Below, piece by piece: positions 1 to 8,125 of a DNA stretch of 24,845 bases. Origin of the DNA: an uncultured bacterium (GTDB lineage: Bacteria > UBP7 > UBA6624); the NCBI GenBank assembly GCA_964012435.1, contig CAXGSM010000017.1, forward strand, positions 1 through 24,845, written 5' to 3'. Each line of letters starts with the position of its first letter. Position 1 is the first letter of the stretch. Made by a program: the position numbers and the translations under genes. Below the pieces are notes generated by a model that had not been told where the DNA came from, ran no database searches, and worked only from the letters and a program-made list of their open reading frames with translations.

Positions 1-244
1 CAACCCAACCTTCACCCAACCTCACAGCACCAGCATTCTCGCCGGGACCTTGAGCAACCTGGTCTCCCTCGACAGGCAATCTCTTGAGATGTATTTTTGA
101 AGACTTGTATGAACAATGCTCACTCCAAACAGTGCTCAATATACCGATTTCTATATTATTTAAATCTCTTCCTACGATTTTTTTAGCATTTTCATATTCT
201 TCAAGCTTCAATCCAACACTTTTAAGCTTTTCTTGGAGTTCCAT
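1..244 (-). CDS. purL: Phosphoribosylformylglycinamidine synthase subunit PurL (small type), N-terminal fragment; runs off the window edge
   Basis: Not in the ORF track. Manual translation from ATG at 244: [81 protein letters not shown]. It contains the PurL signatures [10 protein letters not shown] and GPGENAG. Confidence 0.95.
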   Translation of the reverse strand, partial: MELQEKLKSVGLKLEEYENAKKIVGRDLNNIEIGILSTVWSEHCSYKSSKIHLKRLPVEGDQVAQGPGENAGAVRLGEGWV

Positions 245-252
245 ATAGGTAA

Positions 253-266
253 ATCGTATTACCATA
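253..266. promoter_or_regulatory. Quasi-palindromic site ATCGTATTACCATA, copy 1: candidate GntR/FadR-type operator and/or back-to-back -10 elements
   Basis: Lies in the 31-bp divergent gap between purL and the nucleotidyltransferase, with an exact copy at 3754-3767. The core ATCGTA-T-TACCAT is an imperfect inverted repeat giving TACCAT on + and TACGAT on -. Confidence 0.6.
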
Positions 267-275
267 TCCATTAAT

Positions 276-1100
276 TTGAAACACAATCATCAAATATCAC
301 TGTTGATACTTGCAGCTGGCATGGGTTCTAGGTATGGAGGGTTAAAGCAAATTGAAAAAATTGGTCCAAATGGTGAATCTTTAGCAGAATTAACTGCATA
401 TGATGCATGGCAAAATGGATGTACAAAAATCATTCTCATAATTAGAGAAGATTTTGAAGAGCAGATAAGAAAAAAATTCACAAAAATTTCTAAAAAAATA
501 AAAACAGAATTTGTGATACAAAAGAATCCGATAAAAAATCGCATTAAACCTTTGGGTACGGGACATGCTGTTCTATGCGCAAAGAATAACATTAATGAAC
601 CTTTTATTGTGGCAAATGCAGATGATTATTATGGAAATCAATCAATAAAAATGCTTATTCGATTCCTTGAATCAAATCAAAAATCGGCAATAATGACTTT
701 CCCGTTGAGGCAAACATTATCTATGCATGGAACAGTATCAAGAGGAATATGCACAGTTGATTCAAGCAAAAATCTGACTGAAATAAAAGAAACACATGGC
801 TTAAACCAGTCTACAAAAGAAAATCCTCGTGTTTCAATGAACCTTTGGGGTTTTCAACCCAGCATATTCGAAGGCCTATCAAAAGGTTACGAAAAATTTA
901 TTAACAAGGTAAAAGATGATAATTCTGAATTCTTATTGCCTGAATTTATTCAAGAAAAAATAAAAGAAGAAGAATTTCGTGTGAAGGTTCTTGACTCTGA
1001 TGAAAAATGGTGTGGAGTAACATACAAAGAAGATTTTGAATATGTAAAAAATGAAATTTCAAAAAAATTTCAAAAAGGAACTTATCCTTATGATTTTTAG
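276..1100 (+). CDS. Sugar-1-phosphate nucleotidyltransferase (GT-A/NTP_transferase fold; MurU-like role)
   Basis: Motifs [57 protein letters not shown] start. Adjacent to an anomeric kinase. Confidence 0.85.
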   Translation: MKHNHQISLLILAAGMGSRYGGLKQIEKIGPNGESLAELTAYDAWQNGCTKIILIIREDFEEQIRKKFTKISKKIKTEFVIQKNPIKNRIKPLGTGHAVLCAKNNINEPFIVANADDYYGNQSIKMLIRFLESNQKSAIMTFPLRQTLSMHGTVSRGICTVDSSKNLTEIKETHGLNQSTKENPRVSMNLWGFQPSIFEGLSKGYEKFINKVKDDNSEFLLPEFIQEKIKEEEFRVKVLDSDEKWCGVTYKEDFEYVKNEISKKFQKGTYPYDF

Positions 1101-1108
1101 AGGCATGA

Positions 1109-2113
1109 ATGTTCGATAATCTTTTTCAACAAGAAAAAACTGGATCAAAAACAAATTACCCTCCACCTGTAGAGCTAAAAAACGGCTTGATTAATAATAC
1201 ATGGATTTACAGAGGCTTCCTGATACAAAAAATCAATCAAAATATATTTAAAAATGTAGATGTCATTAATCAAAACTATTACAAATTACAGAATCATTTA
1301 AAAAGAAATAGCAATATCAGAATTCCAAAACTTCTTGAAGAGGCAGGTGTATGGAGAAGGTTCGAATACATCCCAAGCAAAACATTCCTGAAGCCTGAAA
1401 ATGACAATATGGCCTTCAAAACAGCTTTTTCATTTGGCAAATTTCAAGAAGCCTTTCTTGACATGCCACTTAACGAAATAAAAGAGACAATACCTGATTT
1501 TCATAATGCTGAATCAAGAATATACCAACTTGAAAATGCAATAACATCCAATATCAAATCAAGAATAACAACAAAAATTCAAGAAAAGGCAAATGAAGCT
1601 TTAAAAGAAAAAAATCTTTTAGGGATGTTGTCTAAACAAATGTTGAATTGTGAAAAAAGAATAGTCCATTATGACACAAAGATAAGCAATATACTTTTTG
1701 ACAAAAGCAATAATGCAAAAGCAATCATTGATCTTGATACCACAATGCCTGGTTTCGTATTTTTTGACTATGGTGACATGATTAGATCAATGTCTACAAA
1801 AGGTAACGAAGATGAAACAAAAGTAGATGAAATTAAAGTTAGCACAAATATGTTTCAAGCAATTACAGAAGGTTACCTTTCAGCAGTAGGAGACTGGATA
1901 ACTCCAATTGAAAGATCAAGTCTTCTTAAAGGTGCAATGTATATAGTTTTTGAAAACTCAATACGTTTTTTGACAGACCATATTAATGGCGATGTATATT
2001 TCAAAGTATCAAGAAAAAATCAAAATCTTCATAGGTTTATTGCACAATATAAACTGTACAAAGAACTTAAAGAAAATTTTGAAAAATACCAAAAAATAAT
2101 ATTCTCTATCTAA
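1109..2113 (+). CDS. APH/choline-kinase-fold phosphotransferase, N-acetylhexosamine 1-kinase (NahK/LnpB)-like
   Basis: Catalytic HYDTKISNILFD and IIDLDT motifs, plus QKIN, ETIPDFHN, DYGDMIR and RFLTDHINGDVYFK, which are typical of NahK-like kinases. Confidence 0.8.
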   Translation: MFDNLFQQEKTGSKTNYPPPVELKNGLINNTWIYRGFLIQKINQNIFKNVDVINQNYYKLQNHLKRNSNIRIPKLLEEAGVWRRFEYIPSKTFLKPENDNMAFKTAFSFGKFQEAFLDMPLNEIKETIPDFHNAESRIYQLENAITSNIKSRITTKIQEKANEALKEKNLLGMLSKQMLNCEKRIVHYDTKISNILFDKSNNAKAIIDLDTTMPGFVFFDYGDMIRSMSTKGNEDETKVDEIKVSTNMFQAITEGYLSAVGDWITPIERSSLLKGAMYIVFENSIRFLTDHINGDVYFKVSRKNQNLHRFIAQYKLYKELKENFEKYQKIIFSI

Positions 2114-2235
2114 TCTTTCTTTTCAAAGAAATCTTTTAATTCCCGAAAGCCACTTCGTGCTGTCTTCAAAGCAACAAAAAGAAAGATTGACAAGCCTATA
2201 AATAAAAAATAAGTCCAAAAAATTTTCCAATCCAT
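2110..2235 (-). CDS. Small 41-aa single-pass membrane protein coupled to the symporter
   Basis: Manual translation MDWKIFWTYFLFIGLSIFLFVALKTARSGFRELKDFFEKKD*. The ATG overlaps the symporter stop (TGATG), AAGGAG lies upstream within the symporter's last codons, and the ORF fills the intergenic gap exactly. Confidence 0.75.
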   Translation of the reverse strand: MDWKIFWTYFLFIGLSIFLFVALKTARSGFRELKDFFEKKD

Positions 2236-3719
2236 CACCTTACTCCTTGGATATTATTTTTTTTATCCGGGAAAAAAATTGAACCTAAAATTAACAGCGT
2301 AACCGAAAGTGCAATTGTGAAAAGGCCTAATTCTGCTGAACTCAATGAATTAATTGATGGTCCTAATTTTTCTTTAATCGGACCTAAGCCAGACATCGCC
2401 GATAAACCACCCAAAATTGCCAAATACGCTCCAGTTGTGCTTGCTTTCTTCCAATATAAACCTACGCCAAGTAATGCAAAAGCACCTGTGAAATATATCG
2501 CTCCCGAGATAGCCATGTAATCCCAAAGATCCTGTCCTAATGGATACCATAAACTCCAAATTAACAGGAATATGCCTATTAAAAAAATAATAATTCTTGT
2601 AATTTTCAATCTCAAAGCATCTTTTAACTTGCAATCATAAAGGGGATTAATTACATCTTCAGTTAACACTGAGCTCCAACATAAAAGATAACTATCATGC
2701 GTTGACATAAAAGCTGCCAACATTCCAGCGACTACGAGCCCTAAAATTCCAGTTGGCAAAATTACAGCTAAAAACTGTGGAAATGCCTGCAATGTATTTT
2801 CAGGCATAGGAATTAGATTATCTGTAAAATAAACAACTGCACATATGCCTAAAAAATTTGGAATCAAAAATCTTGCTAAAAAACCAATAGAAGACCATTT
2901 GTAAATCTTTTTTACAGTATTTGTATCTTTTGCAGCGCAAGCTCTCATAACGGCAGTTTGCCAAACAGCACAAGATATCAATCCCATAAAAGCCATCCAT
3001 ACTACATAATCAATCCCAAAACCATCAGCATGAAGAGGATTGAAACCTGCATCCCCATAATGACTTTCAGCAGTTTTCAATATATGTTCCCAACCTAATG
3101 TTTTAATTGAAATAAATGTAGCAATCAGCAAACCAATCGACAAAACGACAAACTGAATGAAGTCAGTTACAACAATAGAAAACATTCCGCCCAACATTGT
3201 GTAAAAGAGAACCAAAATCAAAAGTATACTCATTACTATTTTCAAATGAAAATCTGAATCCATGCCAGTTACTCCAACAATAAAAGTTCCTCCAGCATTT
3301 AAAAACATTCCCATGTTCAAAATACCGGATAACGCTAAAATTGCACCACCCAAAATACGTACACCTCTTGAAAATCTCTTTTCATAAAATTCAGGGATTG
3401 TCATAACCCCTAATTTTCTCAAAGGCACAACGATATAACCAGTCCAACCGACAATAAGACAGACTAATCCTGCAAGCAAAGCTATATGAAAAGAAGCAAA
3501 ACCTCCGGTTAAACCTTTTTGAGCTGCATACATAACTGTTATCAGTCCAAGCTCAGAGCCTATCATTGTTGCAATTCCTAGACCACGACCAAGAGACCTT
3601 CCTGCAACCACGAAATCAGACATATTTTTTACATATTTTCTAGATTGATAGCCGATAAAGACAGAACCTGAAAGATAAATGAAAACAATAATCCAGTCTA
3701 ATAATCCAAAATTTGTCAT
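2235..3719 (-). CDS. Sodium:solute symporter (SSS/SLC5 family)
   Basis: About 13 hydrophobic segments; DFVVAGRSL, TIPEFYEKRF, YTMLGGMFSIVVTDFIQF, LAAFMST and GLYWKKA motifs. Confidence 0.92.
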   Translation of the reverse strand: MTNFGLLDWIIVFIYLSGSVFIGYQSRKYVKNMSDFVVAGRSLGRGLGIATMIGSELGLITVMYAAQKGLTGGFASFHIALLAGLVCLIVGWTGYIVVPLRKLGVMTIPEFYEKRFSRGVRILGGAILALSGILNMGMFLNAGGTFIVGVTGMDSDFHLKIVMSILLILVLFYTMLGGMFSIVVTDFIQFVVLSIGLLIATFISIKTLGWEHILKTAESHYGDAGFNPLHADGFGIDYVVWMAFMGLISCAVWQTAVMRACAAKDTNTVKKIYKWSSIGFLARFLIPNFLGICAVVYFTDNLIPMPENTLQAFPQFLAVILPTGILGLVVAGMLAAFMSTHDSYLLCWSSVLTEDVINPLYDCKLKDALRLKITRIIIFLIGIFLLIWSLWYPLGQDLWDYMAISGAIYFTGAFALLGVGLYWKKASTTGAYLAILGGLSAMSGLGPIKEKLGPSINSLSSAELGLFTIALSVTLLILGSIFFPDKKNNIQGVR

Positions 3720-3753
3720 ATCAAGTTCTTTAAAATATAAAAGATTTAAATTT

Positions 3754-3767
3754 ATCGTATTACCATA
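3754..3767. promoter_or_regulatory. Quasi-palindromic site ATCGTATTACCATA, copy 2
   Basis: Exact repeat of 253-266 in the divergent symporter/phnD gap, 8 nt before the phnD TTG start (9 nt for copy 1). Confidence 0.6.
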
Positions 3768-3775
3768 ATCACGTT

Positions 3776-4924
3776 TTGTACAAAAAAATCTTATTTATTA
3801 CCTTTTTACTTTGCTTAAACAGCTGTTCATCGGCTTCAAACAACTGTAATTTTGAAAAAAATCCCGAAAACTGCACTCTTGTTATTGGATTTGTGCCAAG
3901 TCAACAAGCTCAAACACTCAAAGATGATATCAAACCATTAGAAAAATATCTTCAAAAAGAGCTACAAGAAAAATACCCTGGCTTAAAAGTTGAAAGTTTT
4001 GTTGCCGTAAAGTACATGGGCCTAATTGCAGGAATGAAAGCTGGCACAGTAGATGTCAGCTTCTTAGCCCCATTTTCGTATCTTCTTTCTCGTAGGGACA
4101 CTGAAAGAATCAATGTTCCAACAAAACCACTATTACGAACAATAAGATTTGGGAAAAACAGCTATAGAGCGCAAATCCTCGCCTCGCGATCAAGTAACAT
4201 CAAATCAATAAAAGACCTTAAGGGCAAAATGTTTGCATTTACTGACCCCGCTTCCACAAGTGGCTTTCTTTATCCTCAAATCACCTTGCTTGCCGAAGGT
4301 GTTGACTACCGAACAGATTTAAAAAATTATGCAATGTTGGGCAGTCATGACAATGTTGTACAAGGGATATATAGAGGTGAATGGGATGCTGGAGCAACTT
4401 ATGAAGATGCTAGAAAAAATTTTGTTTATGATTTTGAAAACATAGCACCTGGCTTTAAAGTTGAACTTACTTTCACAAACATGGAACAAATATGTGCTGA
4501 TACATTTTTATACGATACTGTAGAAAAAAATTTTTGGGACATCCTGATGAGGTATCAATCTCCTATTGTTGATTCCATTGCACAAGAAATAACACCTTCT
4601 TTAAAAAATATGGAGGTTGGAAATGAAGCAACTATTAAAACAATTTGCGGATTGACTAAAATTAAAATTTTAGAAAAATGGAATGGTGAAATTTTTCAAT
4701 TAGCTTTAACAACTCCAATACCAAATGATATTGTTGCAGCAAGAGGAGATTTGAATGGAAATCTAATGGAGGAAATAAAAAAAGTCTTTATTGAACTACC
4801 TGAAAAAAATAATAAAATTTTTGAAATACTGAATAACATATACAGTATTGAAGGTTTTGAAAAAACAAATCATGAAGATTTTTTGGAATTAAAAATGTTA
4901 GCAGAAAAAAGCGGCCTATTATGA
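3776..4924 (+). CDS. phnD: Phosphate/phosphonate ABC transporter substrate-binding lipoprotein (PhnD family) with an internal insertion
   Basis: Lipoprotein signal (LNSC), IGFVPS, DPASTSGFLYP, GSHD, DAGATYEDAR and PIPND motifs; first gene of a phnDCEE arrangement. Confidence 0.88.
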   Translation: MYKKILFITFLLCLNSCSSASNNCNFEKNPENCTLVIGFVPSQQAQTLKDDIKPLEKYLQKELQEKYPGLKVESFVAVKYMGLIAGMKAGTVDVSFLAPFSYLLSRRDTERINVPTKPLLRTIRFGKNSYRAQILASRSSNIKSIKDLKGKMFAFTDPASTSGFLYPQITLLAEGVDYRTDLKNYAMLGSHDNVVQGIYRGEWDAGATYEDARKNFVYDFENIAPGFKVELTFTNMEQICADTFLYDTVEKNFWDILMRYQSPIVDSIAQEITPSLKNMEVGNEATIKTICGLTKIKILEKWNGEIFQLALTTPIPNDIVAARGDLNGNLMEEIKKVFIELPEKNNKIFEILNNIYSIEGFEKTNHEDFLELKMLAEKSGLL

Positions 4925-5673
4925 AACCATTTTTAAAAATTGAAAATATATCAAAGAAATATCCAAATTCAAAAAAACATGCTTTATTTGATTTTGACTT
5001 AAATATTTTCCCAGGTGAAATTATTGCTGTTGTTGGGAAAAGCGGATCTGGGAAATCAACATTTTTAAGATGTGTCAATGGCTTAACAAAAACATCAAGT
5101 GGGAATATTTATTTCAAAGAAAAAAATACCAAATCTATGTCATCAAAAGAGTACAGAAAATACAGAACAAACATAGGTTTTATTTTTCAAAATTACAATC
5201 TTCAAAATCGAATCTCAGTTTTAGATAATGTTTTGACTGGCTTACTTGGACAAAGAAATCCATTGATGACAACTTTTGGATTATGGTCCAAACAGGACAA
5301 AGAAAAAGGAAAATCAATATTGGTTGAAATGGGATTAGGTCAACATGTTAACAAAAGAGCTGATCAACTTTCTGGCGGAGAGAAACAAAGAGTTTCAATT
5401 GCTAGAGCTCTTATTCAAAATCCAAAAATTATCTTAGCTGATGAACCAGTAGCAAGCCTAGACCCTCCAACAGCAAAAAAAATACTAGATGATTTAAAAG
5501 CTAAATGCAAAAAAAGGAAAATCGCTGTTGTGATTAATTTGCATGATGTAGAAATGGCTTTGAGATATTCTGACAGAATTGTTGGCTTAAGAAATGGGGA
5601 AAAAGTCTGGGATTCACCATCCTCTGAAGCTACCGAAGAGTCATTTAAACAGATTTACCAAAAAGATGAATAA
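4921..5673 (+). CDS. phnC: Phosphonate ABC transporter ATP-binding protein
   Basis: Walker A GKSGSGKST, signature LSGGEKQRV, and PhnC-typical ILADEPVASLDP and INLH; 4-nt overlap with phnD. Confidence 0.92.
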   Translation: MKPFLKIENISKKYPNSKKHALFDFDLNIFPGEIIAVVGKSGSGKSTFLRCVNGLTKTSSGNIYFKEKNTKSMSSKEYRKYRTNIGFIFQNYNLQNRISVLDNVLTGLLGQRNPLMTTFGLWSKQDKEKGKSILVEMGLGQHVNKRADQLSGGEKQRVSIARALIQNPKIILADEPVASLDPPTAKKILDDLKAKCKKRKIAVVINLHDVEMALRYSDRIVGLRNGEKVWDSPSSEATEESFKQIYQKDE

Positions 5674-6418
5674 GAAAATTACGATTTTATTTTTTGTAGC
5701 TTTATTCTTATGGGCCTGTTACGAAACTGAAGTTTCATTTAAATCACTTATAAATGGTTTTGCTGATGTTAATTTTTTTATTTCCGAAATGTTCCCTCCA
5801 GATTTTTCTGAGGTTTCGAAAGTCTTTCCTGACTTTATAACAACACTCAAAATGGCATTTGTTTCGACTTTTTATGGAGCCTTTCTGGCTTATCCGATTG
5901 CAATATTGGCAGCAAACACCGTAACCAAAACTAAATTTTTAAATGTATTTTTCAGAGTCTTCCTCAATCTTGTACGAACAATTCCCGATTTATTATTAGC
6001 AGCTTTATGTGTAGCTCTTTTTGGTGCAAATCCATTTGCGGGAATTATTGCATTAAGCTTTTTTTCTTTTGGCATAATAAGCAAGCTGCTCTATGAAAGC
6101 TTGGAATCATTAGATGAAAATTCTTTGGATCCAATAAGGGCTGTAGGTGGATCCTGGTTATCGAAAATCAAATATGGAATTGCACCAGCTGTTCTTCCAC
6201 AATTTCTATCTTACTGTTTATATGTTTTTGAAATCAACATAAGAGCAGCAGCTATCATTGGGTTAGTTGGTGCTGGAGGAATTGGAACCTGGTTAAATAT
6301 AAATTTTGATCTAGGCCAATACAACAAAATATCATCGCTATTATTAACATTGTTTCTAATAGTTGCAACCATTGATTTCATTTCTTCAAAAATAAGAAAA
6401 AGGTTAACAGATTCATGA
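5666..6418 (+). CDS. phnE: Phosphonate ABC transporter permease
   Basis: RTIPDLLLA, KLLYESLE and FEINIRAAAIIGLVGAGGIG motifs. Start moved to ATG 5666 (MNKKIT), which overlaps the end of phnC, instead of the track's 5594. Confidence 0.9.
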   Translation: MNKKITILFFVALFLWACYETEVSFKSLINGFADVNFFISEMFPPDFSEVSKVFPDFITTLKMAFVSTFYGAFLAYPIAILAANTVTKTKFLNVFFRVFLNLVRTIPDLLLAALCVALFGANPFAGIIALSFFSFGIISKLLYESLESLDENSLDPIRAVGGSWLSKIKYGIAPAVLPQFLSYCLYVFEINIRAAAIIGLVGAGGIGTWLNINFDLGQYNKISSLLLTLFLIVATIDFISSKIRKRLTDS

Positions 6419-7167
6419 ATAATAAAAAAATCTTCCTCTTACTATTTATTTTTATTTTGATCGGCTTAACAACCAATGAGTATCTTCCTGAAACAAACAA
6501 TAAAGGGCAAGAAATTTTTACAAAAATACTGTCAGGTGAAAATGGGCTCTTTAATCCAGATTTTTCAATCTATCAAAATGTAGCAAAAGGACTTCTTGAA
6601 AGTTTTCAAATTGCATTAATCGGAACAGTGTTTGCAGGATTTTTTTCATTGATATTAGGCATTCTTGCTGCAGAAAACACTTCGCCTAAGCCAGTATCTG
6701 GATTCATTAAATTTACACTAAATGCAATTAGAACGATTCCGGAAATTTTATTAGCAATTATATTTATTGTTGGTGTTGGGCCTGGAGCATTTGCTGGAAT
6801 TCTTGCTTTGGGATTTCATTCAACAGGAACACTATCAAAGCTAACAGCTGAAGTTACTGAATCAATCAACAAAGGTCCAATTGAAGCTGTTCTTGCTGTT
6901 GGCGGATCTCAAATATCTGTATTTAGATATTCTGCCTTGCCTCAAATTATGCCGGAATTCGTATCCATACTTCTTTACAGGTTTGAAATAAACATAAGAG
7001 CAGCAAGTGTTCTTGGCATGGTTGGAGCAGGAGGCATAGGTAAAACCCTATTCTTTGCATTAATGGCAAGAAACTGGAGCCATGTCGGCACAATACTGAT
7101 TGGCATCATTATTGTTGTTACCTTGGTTGACTACATCAGTGGAAGAATAAGATCAAACCTGGTTTAA
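6415..7167 (+). CDS. phnE: Phosphonate ABC transporter permease, second subunit
   Basis: RTIPEILLA, GPGAFAG and RFEINIRAASVLGMVGAGGIG motifs; ATGA overlap with the upstream permease. Confidence 0.9.
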   Translation: MNNKKIFLLLFIFILIGLTTNEYLPETNNKGQEIFTKILSGENGLFNPDFSIYQNVAKGLLESFQIALIGTVFAGFFSLILGILAAENTSPKPVSGFIKFTLNAIRTIPEILLAIIFIVGVGPGAFAGILALGFHSTGTLSKLTAEVTESINKGPIEAVLAVGGSQISVFRYSALPQIMPEFVSILLYRFEINIRAASVLGMVGAGGIGKTLFFALMARNWSHVGTILIGIIIVVTLVDYISGRIRSNLV

Positions 7168-7673
7168 TCAAGCTGATTTATTGTTTTCTTATCACCCATT
7201 GACATCGCCCAAAAGAAAACACCAATTGTTATCAAGGTTGATACAACGGCGTCCCACGGATTTCCTCCACTGTTTGAATAAATCATCCAATTTGCAACCA
7301 TGCTCAAAGCACTTCCAGCCAAAAACAAAGGTATTCCTATTTGCCTCCAGCGCCAAATCATAACCAATCCAGCTACTATCAAAAGAACACTTATCACTCC
7401 CATAGGCATCATTGCCGGAGCCTGCATAGCATCAATCATTCTGTCCATCCCTTCAGCCTCTTCATACATTTCAGCCATTCGAAGTTGAGCGGCAGCCATC
7501 TCAAGTTGCCTTGTGCTCCCACCGGTTATCAAAGCAATAATATTGTAAAGACTACCTAAAACTATCACTATGATGAACGCAGTTGCACATCCATGTCTTT
7601 GTTTTTCATCACCGTTAGAATTTTGATCCATTTCATCTAAATTCAAGTCATCTACTTGATTGTCATCCTTCAT
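7164..7673 (-). CDS. Hypothetical membrane protein with about 4 TM segments, an acidic N-terminus and Met-rich sequence
   Basis: 169-aa ORF with four hydrophobic stretches after KQRHGCATAF; overlaps the upstream gene by 4 nt. Confidence 0.75.
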   Translation of the reverse strand: MKDDNQVDDLNLDEMDQNSNGDEKQRHGCATAFIIVIVLGSLYNIIALITGGSTRQLEMAAAQLRMAEMYEEAEGMDRMIDAMQAPAMMPMGVISVLLIVAGLVMIWRWRQIGIPLFLAGSALSMVANWMIYSNSGGNPWDAVVSTLITIGVFFWAMSMGDKKTINQLD

Positions 7674-8125
7674 TTAACCACCTCCAATAAATCTTCTATT
7701 ATGAAGTCTACATCAGAATCATTGTCTAAATCATTCAAGGGAATTATGATGCTTGTCTTTCCTAGGCCTGTAGCAAACTCAAGAGCTGACCATTCCTGAA
7801 ACAAGAAGTCTAAAATTCTTGCGAATTTCTGATTTGTCCATGCTGACCTTTCGGGAACGGGAGCTTGGATAAAAAACAAATTTTTTCGATCAATCCTAAA
7901 TGACAAACTTGCAACGCGAAAAAATTGACCTTCATAATCAACCAACAAATAAAGAAACACTCCATTTTTTGTTGTTTTAAGCTCGATTTCCCTGCCAACA
8001 AAAGGCCAAATTTTATTCCACCTTTGAATAATCTTTTTAGCAATATTTTTTTCTTTTTGTTTAATCTTGATATCAGATTTTCTGATTAAATTATTAATAG
8101 ACTTGAAGTACTCTTTCTCACTCAT
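7670..8125 (-). CDS. Hypothetical protein
   Basis: 151-aa ORF overlapping the lysS stop and the next gene's start; no motif recognised. Confidence 0.7.
   Translation of the reverse strand: MSEKEYFKSINNLIRKSDIKIKQKEKNIAKKIIQRWNKIWPFVGREIELKTTKNGVFLYLLVDYEGQFFRVASLSFRIDRKNLFFIQAPVPERSAWTNQKFARILDFLFQEWSALEFATGLGKTSIIIPLNDLDNDSDVDFIIEDLLEVVK

Noticed and set aside
5594..5665. N-terminal extension of the first phnE in the ORF track
   Set aside because: It would overlap phnC by 80 bp. ATG 5666 gives a normal short overlap and a start similar to the second permease.
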